Part shown: positions 38,455-48,447 of the stretch, piece after piece | Position numbering within the stretch: the stretch's first letter is position 1 | Layout: each line of letters begins with the position of its first letter | DNA from: a virus | Taxonomy: Duplodnaviria > Caudoviricetes | IMG/VR virus record: IMGVR_UViG_3300024581_002364 | Location: 4,870-68,869 of that record | Reading direction: 5' to 3' (one strand) | DNA: 64,000 nucleotides | Position numbers and translations under genes: made by a program | The notes under the pieces: model-generated | Told to the model about the DNA's origin: nothing | Seen by the model: the letters and a program-made list of their open reading frames with translations, nothing else | Databases searched by the model: none

Positions 38455-39668
38455 TTGCCGACTCCATACACATGATCTTGGATTTCATCGATATAAATAT
38501 CAGGGAGCATTGTAATGATCTTTCCCTTGTATCCATCGTGTCTCAACTTGGTACGGATATAACCTGCGAAGTTGTGCGCCAAGATAATGACATTATCCGG
38601 CTCATCTTTCAAGAAAAACTCCCGATCAACAATCTTTAAACCCACACCTGGCACATACTTGCCTTGTTTATGAGGAGTGTCATCTACAACATAACTATTT
38701 TTAAAAATAGAAAAAGAGTTAAGTGTGTTGAGATATACGCAGCCTTTAGCTGCAGCTCCAAAAAAAACGGTTTTACCTTCTAACCGATTAATAAAGATTG
38801 AATCCCTTGCAATCTTATTAAAAGTTTGGGAATAAAATGCGTTGTAATCATATGCTTCTTCTTCTGCAATAAATTTTTCTGCAGCTTCCGTATCTGCGTA
38901 CTGCTCTTTATTAGTAATCCAAAGGCGCATTGAACCGCCATGGATATCTACCTCTTCTGCATGGTAGATTTTTAAACCGAATTGGGAAAATAATTTTTTC
39001 AACGGCTTGACTAACCAATAGTAATAATGTTCGTGATAGAACTGATCAAACTGGATAGTTTGTAGCGTGCGCAATGTATAAGGAAATTCAAGAATCCAAG
39101 TGCCGTCAAGCTTCTCAGCAATTCCTTCAACAAACCGTTCTGCATTTGGCGTATGTTGAAACGCATTGGTTGTAGTGATGATGTCGGCTTTCGGCACATC
39201 GCTATTTTTATTAAAGTAATCGTTGATATAAGTGATGCCAGCTTCTTCGTTTAACGAACGAAATGTCTGACTTGCATCACAGTTGTAGAGATTTAATTTT
39301 TCTTCTGTTTGACTTTGAAATGCTTTAAGCAATGTGCCATCATTACCACCAATATCAAGAATGGTGTCATGACGTAAATGCTTAATTGAATGCCAAAGCT
39401 GACGGCAATGTTGAATGTAGGGCATACTAATGCCCGAGTAATATAAATAATCTTTATATAATTCGTCGGAAGGTACTGCAATATCCAACTGAATACACAG
39501 ATCGTTATCAATCGTGGAACAAATTGGATATTGTTTTGCTGCTAACGATGCCTCTTTACTACGGCAAAGATTATTAACAAGAGGTTGAAGTCCTAAATTC
39601 AATAGGATCTTAGTGCCAACGGAGTTTTTGTCGTCTTGTTGGATCGAAGTGCCAGTATTCGACGCCAT
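38451..39668 (-). CDS. NDP-hexose C-methyltransferase-like protein
   Basis: NLGLQPLVN, DIGGNDGTLL, FDQFYHEH, HGGSMR, FGAAAKG, DDTPHKQGKYVPG. Confidence 0.88.
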   Translation of the reverse strand: MASNTGTSIQQDDKNSVGTKILLNLGLQPLVNNLCRSKEASLAAKQYPICSTIDNDLCIQLDIAVPSDELYKDYLYYSGISMPYIQHCRQLWHSIKHLRHDTILDIGGNDGTLLKAFQSQTEEKLNLYNCDASQTFRSLNEEAGITYINDYFNKNSDVPKADIITTTNAFQHTPNAERFVEGIAEKLDGTWILEFPYTLRTLQTIQFDQFYHEHYYYWLVKPLKKLFSQFGLKIYHAEEVDIHGGSMRLWITNKEQYADTEAAEKFIAEEEAYDYNAFYSQTFNKIARDSIFINRLEGKTVFFGAAAKGCVYLNTLNSFSIFKNSYVVDDTPHKQGKYVPGVGLKIVDREFFLKDEPDNVIILAHNFAGYIRTKLRHDGYKGKIITMLPDIYIDEIQDHVYGVGK

Positions 39669-40344
39669 ATTTGTCCCAAGGTTTGTCGTAGGTTTCTGAA
39701 CCCGGAGGTCCGCCCCATTTCTCTACATAATACTGATAATTCTTTTTAAATGTAAACTGATTTTTCTGTTGAAATTCAGGTTTACTTCTTAACGTGGAAG
39801 ATCGATCATGATCTGCTGACATAGGAATTTTCATTACATGCAATCCAGACTGTTTAATTCGGTACCTATAATCATTGTCTTCAAAATAACCGGGGAAAAA
39901 ATTCTCATCTAGATAACCGACATTTTCTAAAAGACGTGGTGTCCACATAAAACCGCACATGCAATCAGTCTCGTTATCTCCTAAAAATGCACCGTTTGGT
40001 AAAGTGTTTACTTTGTAAAGCAGCTCTGATAACTGTCCGGGTTTTACCCACCAATCAAATCCGGTTACAATCCAGTGCCGACAATCCGTATTGTCTCTAA
40101 TAATCTGATTCACACTACCCGGATAACCTGCATTTTGGTTATTCTGTACTACTACAATTTCTCCTATATGGTCTGGTTTGTGATCGCATACCCAATCAAT
40201 ACCTTCCTCCACAGTGGAATCTAATCCCATTGAATTGTCAAGGATGTAATAACGTTTTAAAGGTACGTCAATTGTTTGAAAATGCTTGACTAATTTAAAT
40301 CCTTGAGTAAGGATTGGCACTGCGATTATATCCAAACGTTCCAT
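39610..40344 (-). CDS. Glycosyltransferase, GT-A fold (GT2-like)
   Basis: NAGYPGSVNQII, VGYLDENFFPGYFEDNDYRYR. Confidence 0.85.
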   Translation of the reverse strand: MERLDIIAVPILTQGFKLVKHFQTIDVPLKRYYILDNSMGLDSTVEEGIDWVCDHKPDHIGEIVVVQNNQNAGYPGSVNQIIRDNTDCRHWIVTGFDWWVKPGQLSELLYKVNTLPNGAFLGDNETDCMCGFMWTPRLLENVGYLDENFFPGYFEDNDYRYRIKQSGLHVMKIPMSADHDRSSTLRSKPEFQQKNQFTFKKNYQYYVEKWGGPPGSETYDKPWDKYGVEYWHFDPTRRQKLRWH

Positions 40345-40385
40345 TAATTTGCGTGTACAATAAAAAGTAATATACAGGAAACTGC

Positions 40386-41234
40386 GTGCCTGTTAACGAC
40401 CAGTTAGAAACTGTCTTTGATATTTACAACAAGGATCCTGAAGGATTCTTAGAGTTAAATGCAAAGCCTGCAAGGGTAACAATTAATGGCAAACGTCATT
40501 ATGAAACTCCTTTTCATACAGGACCAGCTGCTTCTGTAACTACAATCATTTCTGAAACCGCATCAGAAGCCAACAAAAAAAAGTTAGAGATGTGGTCAAA
40601 AAATAATCCAGGTGTTAAAGAAGCTGCAGCAGAACGTGGTACTGCGATACATAGCTGTATGGAGATGTTCCTGAAGAAAGAAGAGTTTGACGTTCCAGTT
40701 GAATATCAGGATTTTTGGACTGGTATGCCTGACATTCTTTCGCAATTTCAAGAAGTTCTTTGGGCAGAGACACCCTTGCGCGATGACCACCAGTTTGCTT
40801 TATCCGCAGACGGTATCGGGCGCGTGTGGGGCAGGGACGAGGAAGAGAGACCATGGGTTGGTAGTCCTGACATCATTGGTGTTGCAGGTAACAAGCTCAC
40901 ACTTGCTGACCTCAAAACAAGTGTAAAACCGTATTGCCGATGGTGGCCTAAAGATTTAGAGAAGGGTTCTATTGAATGGCGAAACCGTCTCGGTGGCTAC
41001 ATGAAATTCAATAAATGCTGTCTGCAACTAGGTGCTTATGCGTTAGGAATTGAACAAACACTGAACATGAAAGTTCAACAAGCAGCCATCATTGTTTCGA
41101 CCCCAGAAGGTACGCAACTTTTTAAAATCTCTAGACGCCATCTTGATTCTTGCCAAGAAAAATGGCTAAAAGTAGTAAATGAATACTACTCTCAGCTCGA
41201 TCGTTGCATCATGTACGATGCTGATGCTATTTAA
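40386..41234 (+). CDS. PD-(D/E)xK exonuclease
   Basis: SVTTII, ERGTAIH, GSPDII, LADLKTS, LQLGAYA. Confidence 0.88.
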   Translation: MPVNDQLETVFDIYNKDPEGFLELNAKPARVTINGKRHYETPFHTGPAASVTTIISETASEANKKKLEMWSKNNPGVKEAAAERGTAIHSCMEMFLKKEEFDVPVEYQDFWTGMPDILSQFQEVLWAETPLRDDHQFALSADGIGRVWGRDEEERPWVGSPDIIGVAGNKLTLADLKTSVKPYCRWWPKDLEKGSIEWRNRLGGYMKFNKCCLQLGAYALGIEQTLNMKVQQAAIIVSTPEGTQLFKISRRHLDSCQEKWLKVVNEYYSQLDRCIMYDADAI

Positions 41235-41305
41235 CTTCAATCAATTTATAACATAGGGCGTGAGCCGCCCATTCCAAAAGGAGTAGGAGATCCATAAATA
41301 GGATC

Positions 41306-42118
41306 TTAATATTGTGATCCTAAAGCAGCGTAGGCATCTTTTAACACGATACCTTTATTTTGGCGCATATAATCATCAAGAAATGATTGAACTTGTTCTC
41401 GATCTTGTCCTTGCACTGCAAGCATTCTTTCTACATCACTCTTAGTAATTTCTTTGCCAACATTTGTAAACAATCGGTTCTTTTCACTTGCACTAGCTGA
41501 CCGCATAGGTTGCTCAACTAATTTGTAATAAAATCTTTTTAATTCATCTAAGGTATTTAAATTGTTAATACCTAATGCTTTTTCAGCTTGCTCAGGACTT
41601 GACGGTAATTCTCCAATACCGTAACTAGTAGCCTGATTGACAAACTTTTTAAAATCTTCGTCAGTAATACTTCTATCAGATCCTGGTTTAATTTGTGCAG
41701 CTTTAGCTAATTGATCAAAAGTCTCAGGTCTAGATGTTCTTGTAATATTGATTCCTTGACTTTGAATTTTTTCACTGTCAGGTACAACTTCTCCTCTTGC
41801 AAAGTATTGAGGAGTTATTCCACCATCAAAATTTGGATTACCTGTTCCTTCTTTAATACCTGCATATGTCGCTGCAATGTTTGCTTTTGCGCGTTCAGGA
41901 GTCTTTTCCATCCATGAGTGATAAGACTCTGTTTTTGATGGCTTTGCTTTGTCGTATGTTTCGGCTAAAAACTGAGCAAAATCACCAATACCTGCAGTTT
42001 TAAAACGTTCTGCCCTATTAGAATCAGTTCTTTTACGAGCTTCTTCCGTATAATTTAAATTATCAAGACGATTTCTAATATCATCTAGAATCGCTTTAGA
42101 CTGTTCACTAGCAGCCAT
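41306..42118 (-). CDS. Hypothetical protein
   Basis: 270 aa, TAGAAT 27 nt upstream. Confidence 0.65.
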   Translation of the reverse strand: MAASEQSKAILDDIRNRLDNLNYTEEARKRTDSNRAERFKTAGIGDFAQFLAETYDKAKPSKTESYHSWMEKTPERAKANIAATYAGIKEGTGNPNFDGGITPQYFARGEVVPDSEKIQSQGINITRTSRPETFDQLAKAAQIKPGSDRSITDEDFKKFVNQATSYGIGELPSSPEQAEKALGINNLNTLDELKRFYYKLVEQPMRSASASEKNRLFTNVGKEITKSDVERMLAVQGQDREQVQSFLDDYMRQNKGIVLKDAYAALGSQY

Positions 42119-42390
42119 GTCAAGAGTTATTTAATCTATTTATATATTCTATTGCAATTTATATATGCCTCCAGATTAGCAAGTTCTAGGATATTGAAAT
42201 CGGAAAAAAGAAGGCGCCCCATGGAGATTACAATAACCACGGGGCAGTGGATTTCTGCCATCAACGACGCTATCCTTGGCGCTGCTGATGGCGATACTTT
42301 TCTGCTGCCTTCAAATGCACACAAACATGCTTTTGAAATAGCTAAAAAAATTACAAAATCCACAAAACATTTTAAAGTGAGGGTCCAGAA

Positions 42391-44988
42391 GTGAAGCGAA
42401 TGTCCAGTGCTGTTCAGCCAGGGGAAATCAATCTCAAACTGATTCCGGTTGATTGGCCTCTAACTCCTCTTGGAGACAAGAAAAATCCTTACCTTGCTGG
42501 CTGGCAAAATAAACCTCAAACTATCTCAGATATCTCAAAAGAGATTGAGGCTGGTACTTGTAAAGCTATTGGTCTTCTTTCTGGTCCTGTTTACAACCAG
42601 CCTTATGGTTTAGTTTGGGTTGATGTCGATGGGCCTACTGTCTATAAAACCATCGAAGAAGTCTCTGGTACCACTACAGAACTGGCTCTTCCTAAAACTT
42701 TGACAATCCTCAGTGGTCGTGAGGGTAGAGAACGAAAACTCTATAAAGTTCTTAAAAAAGATTGGGATAAATTCGTCCGAAATAAATATGCCTGGCACGC
42801 AGAGGGAGCAGGCGAAAAGCTTGAGATTCTTTGGAAGCGACATCAAGGTGTTTTAATGGGTAGTCACCCAAATACTGATGGGTATTACACAAAACCAGAA
42901 GAAGATTACAAATTTGTTAATGATTTACCAGAAGTCCCTCGTTGGATTCTTACTGGTATTAGTGCAAAGAACGCAAAACAAGGCACTCCTCAAGAGTCTC
43001 AATCGAGAATGTTTGGTGAAAACTTTGCTATTAATACCAAAATAGGTCACGAATATGAAATAAAGGAAGCAATTCGTGCTCTTTGGTCTCTTCCTTCTGA
43101 ATATGCAGACGATTACGATGCGTGGCTAACTGCAGGTCAAGCTCTTCATTTCGTTGACGAAACTCTTGTTGACGAATGGGATGAATGGTCTAAACAATCA
43201 GATAAATATAAAGAAGGTGCATGCCATGAAAAGTGGCGTAGCTTTGATAAAGGTGGTGGTCTTACTGTTGGTAGCCTATATAAAGAAGCTCAAAAGCACG
43301 GATTTCAATTCTCACAAGAACACAAAGCAATGCCGGTTTCAGACGATTCTCTTGATGCACTCAGTGATTTACTGACAAACATGCTTAACAATGAGCCTGT
43401 TATGCCAGATGAAATGGTTAATGCATTAGCAGGTAAAAAAACTATTTTGCCTCCAGAAGAATCATTAGAAGAAAAAAGTAAACGTAATGCACCTGCTGAT
43501 GAAATCTTAGATATTCTCAGCCAGCTTTATCAAGGCAACTTATTATTTTCTGCTGCTTCTAATAAATTCTGTTTGTATGAATATGAAGTGCCTGGTCTAT
43601 GGACCACACTGACACAACCACAAATGAAGCGTGACCTCTGGGCTAAGCTCAAGTTACTTAAAAATACAGTGCTGCCAAGGGGTTTTGGTCTCAAATTAGT
43701 CAATGATATGTATGATGGTCTGTCACAAGTCCTTCAGCATGATTATTGGAATCAAGACAAAAACTTAATCCTTTTTCGTAATGGTGTCTTTGACATTAGT
43801 ACTGGTGAATTAGGTGGTTTTAAGAAAGAATATTACATCAACCGTTCTCTTCCTTACGACTACGATCCATGCGCTACATGTGAACCAATTATTAATTGGT
43901 TGTTCTATACACAACATGGTGATAAAGAACGTGTGCAACTCCTGCGTGCGTGGTTAAGGGCAGTACTCACTTCTGCGGATAACATCCAAAAGTTTCTTGA
44001 GATTGTTGGTCCAGGTAAATCTGGTAAATCTTCTTTTGCCAATCTCTGTCATGCCTTAGTTGGCTTTGAAAATGCAACCGTCTCCACACTGGAGCGCATT
44101 GAAAAGAACAGATTTGAAACTGCTGAAATGGTAGATAAAAAACTTATCCTCTTCAATGATGTAGAACGATATGGTGGTAACGTCACCATGCTTAAAGCAT
44201 TGACGGGTACTGACCTTATCTCATCTGAGCATAAGTATCGTCAAACAAAAACTGACTTCAAATTTGATGGCCTTATCGTCATCACTGCTAATGAACAAGT
44301 TCAATCCACTGACCCAAGCTCCGGTTTACATCGTCGCCGTCTCACCGTTCCCTTCGATCGTCCCTTCACAGGTAGTTCCAAAGAGCAAACCACACTCATC
44401 AATTGTGGACCCCACGGAACTACAGGAGTTTTTACTGAATACCTACCGGGCCTTGTCAACTGGCTTTTAAAAATGTCAGAAGACGAAATGCGTGAATACC
44501 TTATGGAGACATCCAAGAAGGTTCCGTATTTCCAGAAATACAACACCCGTCAACAAGTACGAGCTAATCCATTAATTGACTGGCTACACCAAAACTGTAT
44601 CTTCTTCCCTATGAAAGGTACTTTCGTTGGTGACTGTCGCCCTGCACCACGGGAAAGCCGTTACTACTTTGCTAATACCGATAAAAAACTCTATGCCAAT
44701 TACTGTGAGTTCTGTCGATGCAATGGTGGTAATGCTATGTCCCGTTCTCGTTTTGAGAACATGTTGCTTGACATTCTTAATCACCAGCTAAACATTAACG
44801 TCTACAAGCTTCCCAATATTCGCATGGTATTTCTTCAAAATATTTTGCTAAGAGAATCAGAGCAAACTCGTAACCTGGAAGATTATCCTTCCATTGTTGA
44901 GCTTGCACAAAATCCTGATGAATATCGTTCACTCTATGGTGATGTCCGCATTCAATACAATGAATCAAAAGTGAAAGAATCAGAGTAA
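42391..44988 (+). CDS. Primase-helicase (prim-pol, PriCT-2, D5-like SF3 helicase)
   Basis: WPLTPLGDKKNPY..GWQ; VWVDVDG; YDAWLTAGQALH...W..WSKQSDKY; Walker A GPGKSGKS; LILFNDVE. Confidence 0.92.
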   Translation: MKRMSSAVQPGEINLKLIPVDWPLTPLGDKKNPYLAGWQNKPQTISDISKEIEAGTCKAIGLLSGPVYNQPYGLVWVDVDGPTVYKTIEEVSGTTTELALPKTLTILSGREGRERKLYKVLKKDWDKFVRNKYAWHAEGAGEKLEILWKRHQGVLMGSHPNTDGYYTKPEEDYKFVNDLPEVPRWILTGISAKNAKQGTPQESQSRMFGENFAINTKIGHEYEIKEAIRALWSLPSEYADDYDAWLTAGQALHFVDETLVDEWDEWSKQSDKYKEGACHEKWRSFDKGGGLTVGSLYKEAQKHGFQFSQEHKAMPVSDDSLDALSDLLTNMLNNEPVMPDEMVNALAGKKTILPPEESLEEKSKRNAPADEILDILSQLYQGNLLFSAASNKFCLYEYEVPGLWTTLTQPQMKRDLWAKLKLLKNTVLPRGFGLKLVNDMYDGLSQVLQHDYWNQDKNLILFRNGVFDISTGELGGFKKEYYINRSLPYDYDPCATCEPIINWLFYTQHGDKERVQLLRAWLRAVLTSADNIQKFLEIVGPGKSGKSSFANLCHALVGFENATVSTLERIEKNRFETAEMVDKKLILFNDVERYGGNVTMLKALTGTDLISSEHKYRQTKTDFKFDGLIVITANEQVQSTDPSSGLHRRRLTVPFDRPFTGSSKEQTTLINCGPHGTTGVFTEYLPGLVNWLLKMSEDEMREYLMETSKKVPYFQKYNTRQQVRANPLIDWLHQNCIFFPMKGTFVGDCRPAPRESRYYFANTDKKLYANYCEFCRCNGGNAMSRSRFENMLLDILNHQLNINVYKLPNIRMVFLQNILLRESEQTRNLEDYPSIVELAQNPDEYRSLYGDVRIQYNESKVKESE

Positions 44989-45015
44989 CATTAGAGCAGC
45001 AATATTTAAACGTTA

Positions 45016-46266
45016 ATGAGTAAGCCAAAGATTCTTTGGTCGGCAGATGCTGTCGCTAAAACTGGATTTGCCCGTGTGACTGAAAACTTAGTCCATAGAT
45101 TAAAAGATAAATATGAAATTGTAATTCTTGCTAACAACTGGTGGGGTGATCCCTGCGAATTGCAAAAAGAAATCAAAATGTACCCCAGCTCCAACCGGTT
45201 CCAACAGGAACCTTTTGGCGTACAACGTATTCGAGAAATTGTTGATAATGAAAAACCTGATCTTGTATTTATTAATAATGATGCTTGGATTGTTAATCAG
45301 CTTTATTCGCAGATTAAAGACTTCCACGAGCAAGGCCGTTTTAAATTCGTCGCTTATATGCCGATGGATTCTTATGCCTGGACTGGTTGCTTAGCTGATC
45401 ATGCCAACAGCTGGGATGGGATTGTTGTCTATACAGAATTTGGTGCTATTGAATTCCATGCCGCTGGTATTACTAAACCTGTTACCGTCATTCCTCACGG
45501 GATTACCGAAGGGCAATTCTATCCGATGGATAAAATTGAATGCCGTAAAAAACTTAATATTCCTGAAGATTCTTTTGTTGTCTTTAATGGCAACCGCAAC
45601 CAGGCTCGCAAACGTATCGACATCACAATTGATGCCTTTGCTCAATTTGCCGTAGGACGACCCGATGCAAAACTCTATCTACATATGGGACTTAAAGACC
45701 AAGGATGGGACATCATGTCTCTCTTTGGTCGTCAAATGCGTAAAAACGGGCTTGATCCCAATGGACGCATCATCATGACCGCGCAATCTCCTCAGCCTCC
45801 TTCTGTACCTGTAGAGATGCTGAACATGATCTATAACACCGCTGATGTCTCGGTCAATACCTGTAAAGGTGAAGGCCATGGACTGGTCAACCATGAATCA
45901 GCAGCCTGTGGTATCGCGCAAGTTGTGCCGAATCACACGAGTCTCAAAGAGATCTTTGATGGTGCTGCACCTTTAATCGACAACTGCTTCATGGATGTAG
46001 ACATGAACTACAACCGTGACATGCCAGTCCCTAGTGCAGAGCACCTAGCTGAGATCCTTGGTGAGCTTTATGACAACCGTGACAAGCTTAAAGAGGTTGG
46101 TGCTCAGTGCTTTACCCGTGCTACCGATCCCAGGTATCAGTGGGACAACATTGCTGCACAGTTCGACCAGGAGTTCAGTGAGGCTCTGAAGCCTGCTGTA
46201 GAGCGGGAAGTGCCCGTAATCAAGAAACCCAAACGACGAAAGAAAAAGGAAGCAGTAACAGCATGA
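45016..46266 (+). CDS. Glycosyltransferase, GT-B fold (GT4-like)
   Basis: TGFARVTENL, NRNQARKRID, YNTADVSVNTCKGEGHGLVNHESAACG. Confidence 0.9.
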   Translation: MSKPKILWSADAVAKTGFARVTENLVHRLKDKYEIVILANNWWGDPCELQKEIKMYPSSNRFQQEPFGVQRIREIVDNEKPDLVFINNDAWIVNQLYSQIKDFHEQGRFKFVAYMPMDSYAWTGCLADHANSWDGIVVYTEFGAIEFHAAGITKPVTVIPHGITEGQFYPMDKIECRKKLNIPEDSFVVFNGNRNQARKRIDITIDAFAQFAVGRPDAKLYLHMGLKDQGWDIMSLFGRQMRKNGLDPNGRIIMTAQSPQPPSVPVEMLNMIYNTADVSVNTCKGEGHGLVNHESAACGIAQVVPNHTSLKEIFDGAAPLIDNCFMDVDMNYNRDMPVPSAEHLAEILGELYDNRDKLKEVGAQCFTRATDPRYQWDNIAAQFDQEFSEALKPAVEREVPVIKKPKRRKKKEAVTA

Positions 46267-46269
46267 GAC

Positions 46270-46290
46270 GGGGGCTTCGGCCCCTTTTTT
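46270..46290 (+). terminator. Rho-independent terminator
   Basis: GGGGC-TTCG-GCCCC then T6. Confidence 0.9.
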
Positions 46291-46638
46291 CATGTCTTGA
46301 AGTGAGACGCATGATCATTGAGTATGAGTCAAGAAGCTAGTGACCCCCCTATTTTTCTTTTTTTTCTTATATGCCTACAAATTTGGCATGCAGATTTGTA
46401 TTTCTGTGGAAAACCAGGGTGTGATTCCCCTTGGTTCTCAATAAAGCCTGAGGCGATCGCAATAAGAGGGGAAGGGGGTTGCGCCTGAAACAGCACCGAT
46501 TAGAGTGGGAACAAATTTGCACGCCAAATTTGCACGACTACTAAGAAAAAAAGTTATTTAAGGAGGGTGAACGCACTATGTCTCGCAAATCTCACTCACC
46601 TGTCTTACTTTAAGACTTCAAACCCCTTGCTATCACTG

Positions 46639-47364
46639 ATGCCACGTAAATCACCAGCTCCCAATCAGCGCCACAAAAGCCTTTCAACCATCAATTTTCG
46701 TCTCGTCGATCTCAATCGAGACTTAAATGAGCAAGGTTTTTATCATGGTTTTCCTTGCATGTATGGTCACACCATCCGCGACAAAGAAGAGCATTGGTGT
46801 GCCGAGTGCGTCAAAAGGATCATGAGCAATGTTTGTGGCTTTGATGTGAATTTTGTGGCTGAGCCCTATCGCAACGAGCTGCCCAGGCTCCTGGATCGTT
46901 TACCTAATCTTCCTGCTTCTGAGTGTTGGCCTATCGATAAACCATCAATGCGGTTCCGTATGCCGTCTTGGCGCACAGCCTTTACACGCGAAAGCAGTGA
47001 TAACATCAATATCAGAAAAATTCTTTACACAGCCTTTTGGGGAGATGTCGGAAGTTTGTATGTCACCAAACTAAAGAAACATACTGGTTGCAATACACCC
47101 AATTGCGTTAATCCCCTTCACTTGGCATCTTCGTTTAATTTACGCCCAGCTCCTAAAGATTTTCATTACAAGGATCTTGAATATGATGCTAGGAAAATTA
47201 CTGTTATGGCATTGCGGGAAGCCAGTAATTTAAGTATTGACGATATTTTGGAAACGTTGTATAAGCCAACAATTAGAGATCCTAAAATGGGAGTAACAGA
47301 TATCCCAGATAGGACATATTGTGAGCAATCCGAATCTATCTCAACGGGAGAGATCACAATTTAA
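46639..47364 (+). CDS. Cys/His-rich protein with an HNH-like motif
   Basis: C..GH...WC.EC; ECWP; CNTPNCVNPLHL. Confidence 0.55.
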   Translation: MPRKSPAPNQRHKSLSTINFRLVDLNRDLNEQGFYHGFPCMYGHTIRDKEEHWCAECVKRIMSNVCGFDVNFVAEPYRNELPRLLDRLPNLPASECWPIDKPSMRFRMPSWRTAFTRESSDNINIRKILYTAFWGDVGSLYVTKLKKHTGCNTPNCVNPLHLASSFNLRPAPKDFHYKDLEYDARKITVMALREASNLSIDDILETLYKPTIRDPKMGVTDIPDRTYCEQSESISTGEITI

Positions 47365-48262
47365 TCCGCTAAATCTTGGCCGTTTTGATACGACTGCGGT
47401 TCGTTTTTTGACGGGAACTCTTGGCCCAAGAAGTGAGATAATCCAAGGGGGATACGGTAATTATACTTATAATCATTGGTTCCAGGTCACATTAACACTG
47501 CCTGCTTGGATTATTTTAATTAAAGGTGGAACTGCATTAGCACGAGGTCAAGCAACTCTTAGTGATCGCTTTTCTGAAATTAATCAAAGATTTTCATTTC
47601 AGGTTTATGATCAAAATCGTAATCCTATAAACGGTCGAATTATTCATCAAGAGCCACAGGCTTACTGGGGACATGTTGCTGGTGCTCAATCTGATTTATA
47701 CAATACTTATTCTCCTGGTCGCTTTGATAAAGGAGATGAAACTTTTTATGAACTTGAGCCAGGTAATTATTTAATTTGTATTTCAGCAAATCGAAATGAA
47801 GAATTTAATTATGGTGTTGGTTTAGTCGTTGAGTTTCCTAGTGATGATGAACAATTTATTCTTTTAGAGGATGAAGTTATTGGATATGTAGTCCAAGAAG
47901 GCACTTCACAGATTGAAGGAGGCGGTGATTTTCTTCAAATTCCTAATCAAGTTGAAACAGACGTAACAGTAGATACAAATAGTGCATTTACTATTACAGC
48001 TTGTACAATAATTTCTGGTATTTTTGTTCAAGTCAATAATGCAAATCTTGATGGAGATGAATTGACTTGGATTATTGGTCCTAATCCAAATCAAGATATT
48101 ACTGAAGGAACTGATCGAATTAATTTAGATGCTACTGAAAACTGGCAATATACATTACATGTTCATTCTTTAAATGAATGGCGTGATGCATGGTTACGAG
48201 ATCACTCACAAGATGATAAATTTCCTTCGGGTATTTTTGCTCCTTACACTAATGCACCTTAG
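47321..48262 (+). CDS. Beta-rich hypothetical protein (possible virion protein)
   Basis: 313-aa ORF with GTG start. Confidence 0.6.
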   Translation: MSNPNLSQRERSQFNPLNLGRFDTTAVRFLTGTLGPRSEIIQGGYGNYTYNHWFQVTLTLPAWIILIKGGTALARGQATLSDRFSEINQRFSFQVYDQNRNPINGRIIHQEPQAYWGHVAGAQSDLYNTYSPGRFDKGDETFYELEPGNYLICISANRNEEFNYGVGLVVEFPSDDEQFILLEDEVIGYVVQEGTSQIEGGGDFLQIPNQVETDVTVDTNSAFTITACTIISGIFVQVNNANLDGDELTWIIGPNPNQDITEGTDRINLDATENWQYTLHVHSLNEWRDAWLRDHSQDDKFPSGIFAPYTNAP

Positions 48263-48286
48263 AATAAATATATTGATTGATTAATT

Positions 48287-48445
48287 ATGTCTGATCCTCT
48301 TGTACGTGGAAATGAAGATCTGATCACAGAGTATTGGACAGGTAAAGCAAAAAATAAAAAAGAAAAAGAAACTCCTACTCAACTGTTCAAAAAGTATTGC
48401 GATGATGAGCCATGGATGCCAGAATGTCGAGAGTATGACGTATAA
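48287..48445 (+). CDS. CP12-like mini-protein (52 aa, not in ORF track)
   Basis: Ends FKKYCDDEPWMPECREYDV, matching the CP12 C-terminal CxxxPxxxECxxYD motif; TAGAAT 21 nt upstream. Confidence 0.65.
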   Translation: MSDPLVRGNEDLITEYWTGKAKNKKEKETPTQLFKKYCDDEPWMPECREYDV

Positions 48446-48447
48446 CA

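Noticed and set aside
5019-44988. Introns or inteins in terL, polA or primase-helicase
   Set aside because: The ORFs are continuous and of normal length, with no intein C/S...HN motifs seen.
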